64,000 nucleotides of DNA. It comes from Candidatus Dormiibacterota bacterium (GTDB taxonomy: Bacteria > Chloroflexota > Dormibacteria > Aeolococcales > Aeolococcaceae). The translations under genes were made by a program, and so were the position numbers. The stretch is from assembly GCA_963799005.1 (NCBI GenBank), contig CAWCVK010000001.1, positions 512,893 to 576,892 of the forward strand, written 5' to 3'. The notes beneath the pieces were generated by a model, which made no database searches, had not been told where the DNA came from, and saw only the letters and a list, made by a program, of their open reading frames with translations. Within the stretch, counting starts at the first letter, position 1, and each line of letters opens with the position of its first letter. Below, in pieces: positions 39,859 to 48,077 of the stretch.

Positions 39859-40167
39859 TCAACCGAAAAAGCGCCGCCGCCTCCCAACGCCGGCGGCGCG
39901 CAGGACCGCGAGCAGGATGACCGCGCCTGCGAAGGCGATCACGACCTCGGCGATGATCGAGTGGCTCGTGATTGCGCTGGTGACTCCGAGATATCGCGCG
40001 AGGAGTTCCCCGGCGAGAGCGCCGATGATTCCGATCACGATGTCGCCCACGATCCCCTTGCCGTGTCCGGTGACCACCTTGCTCGCGAGGAAGCCGGCGA
40101 TCAGCCCGATCAACGCCCACACGAGGATCGAACCGGGGTCGAATGTCACCGAAACCAGTGCAAGCAT
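39859..40167 (-). CDS. GlsB/YeaQ/YmgE-family small membrane (transglycosylase-associated) protein
   Basis: 102 aa from an internal Met. Two glycine-rich TM segments (ALIGLIAGFLA, GIIGALAG). The C-terminal tail is encoded by a terminator-like hairpin. Confidence 0.6.
   Translation of the reverse strand: MLALVSVTFDPGSILVWALIGLIAGFLASKVVTGHGKGIVGDIVIGIIGALAGELLARYLGVTSAITSHSIIAEVVIAFAGAVILLAVLRAAGVGRRRRFFG
39862..39899 (-). terminator. Intrinsic-terminator-like hairpin plus U-tract overlapping the last 13 codons of the YeaQ-like gene
   Basis: On the minus strand: GCGCCGCCG-(11 nt)-CGGCGGCGC (9-bp GC stem) followed by UUUUUCGGUUGA, whose UGA is the stop codon. Confidence 0.4.
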
Positions 40168-40231
40168 CGTCGGGTGAGTGTCTGTTGGAGAGCGCAACAA
40201 TTGCCGTAACAGCCACGTCCCCCGCGGCGAG

Positions 40232-40594
40232 CTACCCGGGACGGATCGGCGCAACCTCGGCAACGACCCTGGCACGGGCCTCGATGCGCATGCAGGCGGA
40301 GTGCCAGAAGCCGAGGCGCGATCGGAACCGCTCCGCCTGCGCCACCACGACGGGCACGTTGGTGAGTTCGACCTCCTGCCGAGCCTGCGGCGACTGATCC
40401 GCCATCAGCTCTCGAATGCGCTCGAGGACCAACTCCTCCATCGCGAGTATCTCCGTGTAGATGTTTCGCCAGAACAACGCCTCGTCCAGCGTTGCGGTCG
40501 CAGGATCGGATTCCCCTTCCATTCCGAGTGACGTGTCACCCCCCCTGATCGCCGCGACGACGTCGGGTCGCTCGCGCTCGGCATTGTGCGTCAT
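40232..40594 (-). CDS. Hypothetical protein; paralog of the N-terminal domain of the regulator at 40656..41216
   Basis: 120 aa from an internal Met. Shares the motif series FWRNIY..L...LVLERIREL...AQAERFRSRLGFWH with the plus-strand neighbour. Confidence 0.4.
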   Translation of the reverse strand: MTHNAERERPDVVAAIRGGDTSLGMEGESDPATATLDEALFWRNIYTEILAMEELVLERIRELMADQSPQARQEVELTNVPVVVAQAERFRSRLGFWHSACMRIEARARVVAEVAPIRPG

Positions 40595-40655
40595 GGTCTT
40601 CTGATACACCCACAGGCGTAAGAAGAACAGCAACAGCTTCCGTATAGTCACAGCG

Positions 40656-41216
40656 GTGGGAACCGGCCGCGCCGCACCGGCGACACGCCCGCTCGAGGGT
40701 GAGGACATCCAGACCGAGCACTGGGAAGACGCACGTCACTGGATGAGCATCTACGACGACTTGATACGTTTCAAGCTGGGTTTGCTCGAGCGCGTGCGGC
40801 GCGAACTGCCCAAGCTGCACCCGGTGGCTCAGGCCGCCGCCGACGAGGACATCAGGTTCATCGAAGCGCAGATGGCGGGGTATTACTCCCGCCTGGATCT
40901 CTGGTACCAGCGCGTCTGGCAGCTCCAGGGTCTCTGGCTCGATCCGAACGGACGCCTGGTCCGCCACATGGGGCAGGAAGCGGTTCTGACCAACCGCGAG
41001 TTCGAGCTCCTGCGGTTCCTGCTGGATCATCCCCACCGCTACTACACGGCGTCACAGATCACGGCGCTTGCGTGGTCGGATGGCGCGCTGTTCCCCGAGG
41101 AGGTCCGCAACTACGTCCTGCGGCTGAGGAGGATCCTGGCGCGTCTCGCCATCCCGTGCGACCTGGTGAACAAGCCCGGTCGCGGGTACTCCCTGACATT
41201 CCGCAACACCGAGTAG
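40656..41216 (+). CDS. Putative transcriptional regulator: unknown N-terminal domain plus C-terminal OmpR/PhoB-type winged helix-turn-helix, no receiver domain
   Basis: 186 aa. C-terminal LTNREFELLRFLLDHP.RYYT..QI....W.........VRNYV.RLRRIL...CDLVNKPGRGYSL matches the Trans_reg_C architecture. The N-terminal domain is homologous to the divergent gene at 40232..40594. Confidence 0.55.
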   Translation: MGTGRAAPATRPLEGEDIQTEHWEDARHWMSIYDDLIRFKLGLLERVRRELPKLHPVAQAAADEDIRFIEAQMAGYYSRLDLWYQRVWQLQGLWLDPNGRLVRHMGQEAVLTNREFELLRFLLDHPHRYYTASQITALAWSDGALFPEEVRNYVLRLRRILARLAIPCDLVNKPGRGYSLTFRNTE

Positions 41217-41267
41217 CCCGCCTCCATAACCTCCCCGCAACCAGTAGATCCGTCCACCACCGCTACG

Positions 41268-43638
41268 ATGGCCGTGGTGAGCACCCTGACTCCCTCCACC
41301 GGCAGCGTCGACCTGGACGCGCTGGTCACCTCGTGGCGTGCGGCCAACTACCTGACCGTCGCCCAGATCTATCTCCAGGCGAACCCGCTCCTCAGGGAGC
41401 CGCTCATCGCGGACCACATCAAACCGCGGCTCCTCGGTCACTGGGGAACGTCACCGGCGCTGAGCCTGATCTATGTCCAGTTCAACCGTCTGATCCAGCA
41501 GCGCGACTGCGACGTGCTGTACATCGCCGGTCCCGGGCACGGCGGGCCGGCCATCGTCGCCAACGTCTACCTCGAAGGCACCTATTCGGAGATCTACCCG
41601 GAGGTCTCGCTCGACGAGCCCGGGCTGCTCCGGCTCGTTCGCCAGTTCTCGACGCCGGGCGGCATCCCGAGCCACGTGAGCGTTCCGACCCCAGGTTCCA
41701 TCCACGAAGGTGGTGAGCTCGGCTACGCCCTGGCGCACGGGTTCGGTGCAGTTTTCGACAACCCCGACCTGATCGCGGCGTGTGTCGTGGGTGACGGCGA
41801 GGCCGAGACCGGCCCACTCGAGGGATCGTGGAAGGGTGTGACCTTCCTCGATCCGCGCCGCGACGGCGCCGTGCTGCCGATACTCCAGCTCAACGGCTAC
41901 AAGATCAGCGGACCCACCGTGCTCGGGCGCGCTCGCGAGCACGATGTGCGCGAGTTGCTGAGCGCGCATGGGTACGACGTGCGCATCGTCGGTGGCGACG
42001 ACCCGCGCGCCGTGCACGAGGAGTTCGCGCAGACCCTCGACGCCTGCTACGAGCGGATTCGCGAGATCCAGTCGGCGGCGCGGAGCGGCGCACGGGCGGA
42101 TCGGGTCGCCTGGCCGGCGATCGTCCTGCGCACCCCCAAGGGATGGACCGGTCCCAAATTCGTCGACGGACAGCCGGTCGAGGGAACGTTCCGCGCCCAT
42201 CAGGTCCCGCTCGACAACGTCCGCAGCAACCCCGACCACCTCGCGCAGCTCGAGGAATGGATGCGCAGCTACCGACCCGACGAGCTCTTCGACGGCGGCG
42301 GCGCACCCGTCGACGCGGTGACCGCACTCCGACCGCTCGGCGACAAGCGCATGGGAGCGTCGGCACACGCCAACGGGGGCAGGCTGCTGCGCCCCCTGCG
42401 GCTTCCTGAATTCACCGAATATGCGATGCCCGTGGATCCGGGCGTCACCGTCGGCGAATCGACCCGACGGCTCGGCGAATGGATTCGCGACATCTACCGC
42501 CAGAATCCCGACAACTTTCGCCTCTTCTGCCCGGACGAGACCAACAGCAACCGGCTCGGGGCCGTGTTCGACATCGAGAACCGCTGCTTCGAGGAACCGA
42601 CCATCCCCATCGACGACCACGTGCGCGCCGACGGTCGCGTGATGGAGGTGCTCTCGGAGCACCTCTGTGAAGGCTGGCTCGAGGGCTACCTGCTCACCGG
42701 CAGGCATGGGTTGTTCGCCACCTACGAGGCTTTCGCGATGGTCTCCGCGTCGATGACCGTCCAGCACGCGAAATGGCTCGAGGCTGCGCGCGGACTCCGC
42801 TGGCGTGAGCCGGTGGCCGCGCTCAACGTCCTGCTGACATCCACGTGCTGGCGCAATGACCACAACGGTTTCAGCCATCAGGGCCCCGGGCTGATCGACA
42901 CGGTGATGGCCATGAGCGGCGACGTGGTCCGCGTCTACCTCCCCCCGGACGCGAACTGCCTGCTCTCGGTCGCGGATCACTGCCTCACCAGTCGCAACTA
43001 CGTGAACCTGATCGTCATCGACAAGCAGCCGGAGCTCCAGTACCTCTCGATGGACGCGGCGATCGAGCACTGCGCTCGTGGCGCATCGGTCTGGGCGTGG
43101 GCGTCGACATGATCCTGATGGCGACCCGGACGTTGTGCTCGGTTGCGCCGGCGACATCCCGACACTCGAGACCCTCGCCGCCGCCGCGCTGCTGCGCGAG
43201 CACGTACCGGATCTGCGCTTCCGTCTCGTCAACATCGTGGACCTGCTGGCGATGAGCCCGGCGCCGTTCCACCCGCACGCCTTGAGCCCGGAGTCCTTCG
43301 CGGACCTGTTCACCGAGGCGGTGGACGTCGTGATGGCGTTTCACGGCTACGCACGGGCATTCCACCAGGTCGTGCACGGCCGGCCCAATGCCGGACGCTT
43401 CCACGTGCGCGGATACAACGAACGGGGCACGACGACGACGCCGTTCGACATGGTCGTGCTCAACGAGATGAGCCGCTATCACCTCGCCATGGAGGCCCTC
43501 CGTCGATCTCGGCGCACTCCCGCCGGCGCGGCCGACCTGGACCGGTACTGCGCCGCTCAGCTGCGACGGCACCACGGGTACGTTCGTGAGCACTTCGAGG
43601 ACATGCCCGAAATCCGCGAGTGGCGGTGGCCAGGCTGA
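41268..43638 (+). pseudogene. xfp: Xylulose-5-phosphate/fructose-6-phosphate phosphoketolase, with a 1-nt frameshift near 43100-43110
   Basis: Collinear with phosphoketolases ([25 protein letters not shown]-binding region) in frame 0 to ...[14 protein letters not shown]. It continues in frame 1 (ORF 43078..43638) with DPDVVLGCAGDIPTLE...HVRGYNERGTTTTPFDMVVLN. Confidence 0.85.
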
Positions 43639-43669
43639 GCGCGGGCGCACCAACCACGCCCGGCTGACG

Positions 43670-44743
43670 ATGCGCGTCCTCGCCGTGAACGCGGGATCGA
43701 GCAGTCTGAAGCTCAGCGTGGTCGACGGCAACGACCGGGTCGAGGACGAGCAGCAGACCGACGGCGACGCGGACCCGATCGTCGCGCTGCGCGAGTTCGC
43801 CGCGCGGGCAGGCGACGTCGACGCCGTCGCCCACAGGCTGGTGCACGGTGGGGCGGAGGTCCGTCAGGCGATGCTCGTCGATGACCAGGTCCGGCACCTG
43901 CTCGACGCCGCGATCGAGCTTGCACCGCTTCACGTTCCGCAGGCGCTCGCGCTCCTGGACGCCGCGCGATCGAGCATCGACCGGCCCCAGATCGTGTGCG
44001 TCGACACCGCGTTTCACGCGGGTCTCCCTGACTTTGCGACCACCTACGCGGTGCCGGAGCACTGGCGCGCGTGGGGAGTGCGCCGTTACGGTTTCCATGG
44101 CCTCTCGTACGCATGGTCGAGTCGCCGCAGCGCGGAATTGCTGGGTCGAGCGCTGGACGGCTTGCACCTCGTGATCGCGCACATCGGCTCCGGTGTCTCC
44201 GCATGCGCGATCCGCGACGGACGCAGCGTGGACACCAGCATGGGCTTCACCCCGCTCGAGGGCGCGGTGATGGCGTCGCGCAGTGGCACCGTCGACCCGG
44301 GCGCACTCCTCTGGCTCCAGGATCACCACGGACTCACGGTCGGGGCGATGACCCGCCTGCTCGAGCACGGCAGCGGGCTCTTCGGCCTCTGCGGCATGTC
44401 CGACGTTCGCGACGTCGAGCGTGAGGCGGCACTCGGCAACGCTGCGTGCGTCCTGGCGCTTGACGTCTACGTCCACGTGCTGAGCCGTGTCATCGGCGGA
44501 CTGGCGACCTCGCTCGACCGCATCGACGCGCTGGTGTTCACCGGCGGCGTCGGTGAGCACTCGGCGTTGATTCGAAGCAGAGTGTGCGCTCGACTCAGCC
44601 TGCTCGGGCTCCCGCATACCCTGCTTCCCGCGGACGGCGACGCGGTCATCGCACCCGCGGGGCATCAGCCTGCGGTTGTCGTGGTCACCGCCCGCGAGGA
44701 CGCGGAGATGGCCCGAGAGGCGCGCCGGTTGTTGAGCGGTTAA
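43670..44743 (+). CDS. ackA: Acetate kinase
   Basis: 357 aa. N-terminal VLAVNAGSSSLK, H(R)LVHGG and VVHLGNG-like acetate/propionate kinase signatures. Lies 31 nt after xfp. Confidence 0.85.
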   Translation: MRVLAVNAGSSSLKLSVVDGNDRVEDEQQTDGDADPIVALREFAARAGDVDAVAHRLVHGGAEVRQAMLVDDQVRHLLDAAIELAPLHVPQALALLDAARSSIDRPQIVCVDTAFHAGLPDFATTYAVPEHWRAWGVRRYGFHGLSYAWSSRRSAELLGRALDGLHLVIAHIGSGVSACAIRDGRSVDTSMGFTPLEGAVMASRSGTVDPGALLWLQDHHGLTVGAMTRLLEHGSGLFGLCGMSDVRDVEREAALGNAACVLALDVYVHVLSRVIGGLATSLDRIDALVFTGGVGEHSALIRSRVCARLSLLGLPHTLLPADGDAVIAPAGHQPAVVVVTAREDAEMAREARRLLSG

Positions 44744-44754
44744 GCTCCCGCGTC

Positions 44755-45384
44755 ATGGCGGATTGGGTAACGATCTCCGCGCTGGCGACCGCCGGCGGGA
44801 CGCTGGTGCTCGCCGTCGCCACCTTCTCATCGGTTCGATCGGCCAACCGGGCAGCTCGCGCCGCGGAACGCTCGCTGCTCGCCGGCCTGCGTCCGGTGCT
44901 CATGCCGTCGCGCCTGCAGGATCCGTCGCAGAAGGTGTCGTTCTTCGACCAGCACTGGGTGACGATCGAGGGCGGCCACGCCGCGTTCGAGGTCAGTTCG
45001 CAGGCGATCTACCTGGTCATCGGCCTGCGCAACGCCGGCTCCGGCATCGCCGTGCTCCATGGCTGGTACTTCCATCCCGAGCGCATCGCCGGCACCGACC
45101 CGGCCGACACCAAGGATTTTCGCCGGCTCACCCGCGACATCTACGTGCCCGCAGGGGACATCGGCTTCTGGCAGGGGGCGTTTCGTGACCCCGACGAGCC
45201 GATGTTCGCGACCGCCCGAGACGCCGCGACGTCGGCGCGAGCGGTCACCATCGATCTGCTCTACGGCGACCACGAGGGCGGCCAGCGAATGATCAGCCGT
45301 TTCGCCCTGACGCCGATTCCCAGCGGCGGGTGGCTGGCGACGGTCGGACGGCACTGGAATCTCGACCGGCCCAACCCTCGATAG
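44755..45384 (+). CDS. Hypothetical membrane-anchored protein
   Basis: 209 aa. Single N-terminal TM helix (ISALATAGGTLVLAVATF). Starts 11 nt after the ackA stop. Confidence 0.45.
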   Translation: MADWVTISALATAGGTLVLAVATFSSVRSANRAARAAERSLLAGLRPVLMPSRLQDPSQKVSFFDQHWVTIEGGHAAFEVSSQAIYLVIGLRNAGSGIAVLHGWYFHPERIAGTDPADTKDFRRLTRDIYVPAGDIGFWQGAFRDPDEPMFATARDAATSARAVTIDLLYGDHEGGQRMISRFALTPIPSGGWLATVGRHWNLDRPNPR

Positions 45385-45464
45385 GGTCAGGCACGACCCC
45401 GGTTCGCCTTGAGTGGAAGAACTGGACGGTGGGAGAGCTCGAGAACACGCTGATCAGCCGGGCG

Positions 45465-45947
45465 TCACGGCCGCGGGTCGCCCTCCGCGTCGACGTCCTG
45501 CCCGCGCGTCAGGAAGAGCGCAACCGCGAGGACGAGGATTACGCCTGCATTGGTTCCGAGCTCGAGCAGTGACTGCGAGATGGGCGTCGTCGATCCCCTC
45601 GTCGTCGCTCCGGAGGACAGCGTGAGCCGAGTTGAGACGGCGAGAATGTCCCGGACGGCGGCGATGATTCCGATGACGAGAAAGGGTCGAAACGGAAATC
45701 CCCAGCCCTCGAGGTGGGTGAGCACCGTGCGCATGATGTCGACGAGGATGATGACCACCAGGACGCCGTCGACCGCACTGATCAGGGATTGCGTGTAGTC
45801 GGGCGCCGCCGCGTTGAGCGACGTCACGAAGGTGATGAAGCTTCGGACCAGCACCACGGCCGCGAGCACGAGCAGGACGATTGCGACGCCGTACTGCACG
45901 AGGTCGATGAAGACGCGGAGGGGAGTCCCCGGCGAATTTCCGGCCAT
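45465..45947 (-). CDS. psiE: PsiE-family (phosphate-starvation-inducible) membrane protein
   Basis: 160 aa. Four TM helices, with a topology and length typical of PsiE. Confidence 0.6.
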   Translation of the reverse strand: MAGNSPGTPLRVFIDLVQYGVAIVLLVLAAVVLVRSFITFVTSLNAAAPDYTQSLISAVDGVLVVIILVDIMRTVLTHLEGWGFPFRPFLVIGIIAAVRDILAVSTRLTLSSGATTRGSTTPISQSLLELGTNAGVILVLAVALFLTRGQDVDAEGDPRP

Positions 45948-46059
45948 GACCAGACGCCGCCGCCGCCCGCTCCTCTCTCCATCAGCGGCTTCTCGCTGGG
46001 GCCGGCACCCGGCTCAATGGCCATACAGTGCGGAGCAGTCTACGGCCATGGGGATGAGA

Positions 46060-46108
46060 GCGAAGTCTAAACCGAAGAGACACGTCCCGACGCTCGGAAC
46101 GTGTCTCT
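46060..46108 (-). terminator. Stem-loop downstream of the 51-aa peptide gene
   Basis: Perfect 10-bp inverted repeat AGAGACACGT (46076-46085) / ACGTGTCTCT (46099-46108) with a 13-nt loop. Followed on the minus strand by UCGGUUUAGACUU. Confidence 0.35.
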
Positions 46109-46138
46109 CCTCAGGTTCCTGGTGGGGCGAGCTACCCC

Positions 46139-46294
46139 TCAGTAGTAGTGGCGCCGGCCGCCGACGGCATGCCCGGCCATCCCCAGCAGTTCGAGGACAA
46201 CCCCGATCACGATCAGGATGACCCCCAGGGTCACCAGGATGGGAACTGTGGCCAGCAACCCGATGATGAGCAAAACGATGCCCAGAATGATCAT
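46139..46294 (-). CDS. 51-aa hydrophobic peptide (two TM helices), not in the supplied ORF track
   Basis: Perfect SD AGGAGG 5 nt upstream of ATG. Sequence MIILGIVLLIIGLLATVPILVTLGVILIVIGVVLELLGMAGHAVGGRRHYY. Followed on its strand by a 10-bp stem-loop at 46076-46108. Confidence 0.4.
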   Translation of the reverse strand: MIILGIVLLIIGLLATVPILVTLGVILIVIGVVLELLGMAGHAVGGRRHYY

Positions 46295-46349
46295 GTGTCG
46301 CCTCCTGTCATGAATGAGCTTGTGATGTGTTCAGTTCAGAATCCGGCGC

Positions 46350-46571
46350 TCAGATCGGCCGATCGTCGACGGTGGTCACGTCGGTTCTGCGGGTACCGCC
46401 GAATCCGCCCCAGGACGACCAGAACATCAGCGACAGGATGATGCCGAGCGCGCCGACTCCCATCAGGATGTAGCCGATGGTGTGAAGGTCGACGCCGTTG
46501 GCGCTCACGTGGATGGCGAACGCCAGCACGGCCCCAACCGCGATCAGGAAGATGCCTACTCCAAGGCCCAT
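46350..46571 (-). CDS. Small membrane protein (DUF6458-like), 73 aa
   Basis: Start taken at the second Met (GGAGG SD 8 nt upstream). Two TM helices separated by HVSANGVDLHT. Confidence 0.5.
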   Translation of the reverse strand: MGLGVGIFLIAVGAVLAFAIHVSANGVDLHTIGYILMGVGALGIILSLMFWSSWGGFGGTRRTDVTTVDDRPI

Positions 46572-46859
46572 CGAATGTACCTCCATGCTTCCGAGCTGTT
46601 CTCTCGCAGCTATCTGTTACCACCCCTGTAGGTGATCCGGATACCGATACTATCACATATAACCACCAGGTGGCTACAGGGAGGGTGCGCCGCCGGCGCG
46701 GTACCGGCGGAGCGGGCCGTGCGCCGTCAGCTCGGTCCCGAGATGCGGAAGCCGGAAACGCGGTCCCGTTCGATACCGTTGATCCCACCGAACCGGTGGC
46801 TGTCCAGCCGGTTCGGGTGATAGTTGCACTGGACGGATTACCCCCAGGGATCTGTGCGT

Positions 46860-48077
46860 ATGCCGGCTGCGCGCGCCCGCGCCCAGGTGAGTTCCCGAGC
46901 CCTGACGCCGAGGGTGGCCTGCACCACGCTGGCAAGCTCGCTGCTCCTCGCGTGCTGCGGCACCGGGCCGGCCGCGCCCGCGGAGAACCCCGCCGGGTTG
47001 ACGCTGACCGACCAGATCCGCGCGGTCCTGGAGCAGGCATGGGCCGGTTATGCGACCGCCTTCATCGAGCCCGACGGACGTGTCGTCGACCCGACCCGAG
47101 GAGGTATCACCACCTCCGAAGGACAGGGGTACGCGCTGCTGCGCGCCGTCTGGATGGGAGACCGGCAGGTGTTCGACAAGGTGTGGAGCTGGACCTCCGC
47201 CAACCTGCGTTCTGCAGGCGACGGCCTCTTCGCGTCGCTGTGGAGCGGAGGACGTGTCGCCGACAACCATTCGGCCAGCGACGCCAACTCCGACATTGCC
47301 CTGGCCCTCCTCTACGCCGGCGCCCGATTCGGGAGCACCGCCCTGCACCAGAAGGCGCTCGGCGTGCTGGCCGCGATGTGGCAGGGCGAGGTCGCGTCGA
47401 TCAACGCCATGAACGTCCTGACCGCAGGCAACTGGGCGAAGGCGCAGGTCTCACCCGGGCCGGTGATCAATCCGTCCTACTTCGCACCCTATGCGTACCG
47501 GACGTTCGGGCGCGAGGACCCGGCGCATCCATGGTCGACGCTCGTCGACACCTCCTACGCCGTGCTCGACGCGTGCACGGCCGCCACGCTCGACGGCACA
47601 CCCGGGGTCGGTCTGCCGCCGAACTGGTGCGCGCTCGAACGACCGACCGGCGCGGTCGTGTCCTTCCCCACCATCGCGAATGCCGATGACTACGGCTACG
47701 ACGCGTTCCGCGTCATGTGGCGTGTTGCCCTCGATGCGCTGTGGAACCATGAACCTCGCGCTCGCGCGTACCTCGAGAAGAGCGCGTTCCTGCGTCTGCG
47801 GTGGGCGCAGGCCTCGCGCCTTGACGCGGTGTACTCGCACAGTGGTGGCGTGGTCGGCGCCTACGAGGACCCGACGATCTACGGCGGCGACATCGGCAAC
47901 TTCATGGTCGCCGACCCGGCCGGCGCGGTGCAGATCCAGCGCCGCCTGCTTGCCACATTCCATTCCTCGCCCGCGTATTTCGGGGATCCGCACAACTACT
48001 TCGAACAGAACTGGGTCTGGTTCGGGCTCGCGCTCTCGGCCGGTGTGCTCGTGGACCTCGATCGAGGCCGAGCATGA
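46860..48077 (+). CDS. Glycoside hydrolase family 8 (endo-beta-1,4-glucanase, BcsZ/CelA-like) lipoprotein
   Basis: Internal Met start with a signal peptide and lipobox (SLLLAC|C). Near-perfect GH8 signature ASDANSDIALALLYAGARF. Confidence 0.75.
   Translation: MPAARARAQVSSRALTPRVACTTLASSLLLACCGTGPAAPAENPAGLTLTDQIRAVLEQAWAGYATAFIEPDGRVVDPTRGGITTSEGQGYALLRAVWMGDRQVFDKVWSWTSANLRSAGDGLFASLWSGGRVADNHSASDANSDIALALLYAGARFGSTALHQKALGVLAAMWQGEVASINAMNVLTAGNWAKAQVSPGPVINPSYFAPYAYRTFGREDPAHPWSTLVDTSYAVLDACTAATLDGTPGVGLPPNWCALERPTGAVVSFPTIANADDYGYDAFRVMWRVALDALWNHEPRARAYLEKSAFLRLRWAQASRLDAVYSHSGGVVGAYEDPTIYGGDIGNFMVADPAGAVQIQRRLLATFHSSPAYFGDPHNYFEQNWVWFGLALSAGVLVDLDRGRA

Noticed and set aside
40178-40531. 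117-aa plus-strand ORF
   Set aside because: Fully antisense to the 40232..40594 gene. No homology or SD.
46148-46441. 97-aa plus-strand ORF (Asp/Gln/Pro-rich)
   Set aside because: It is the mirror frame of the two minus-strand small membrane-protein genes, which have SD sequences. The composition is implausible for a folded protein.
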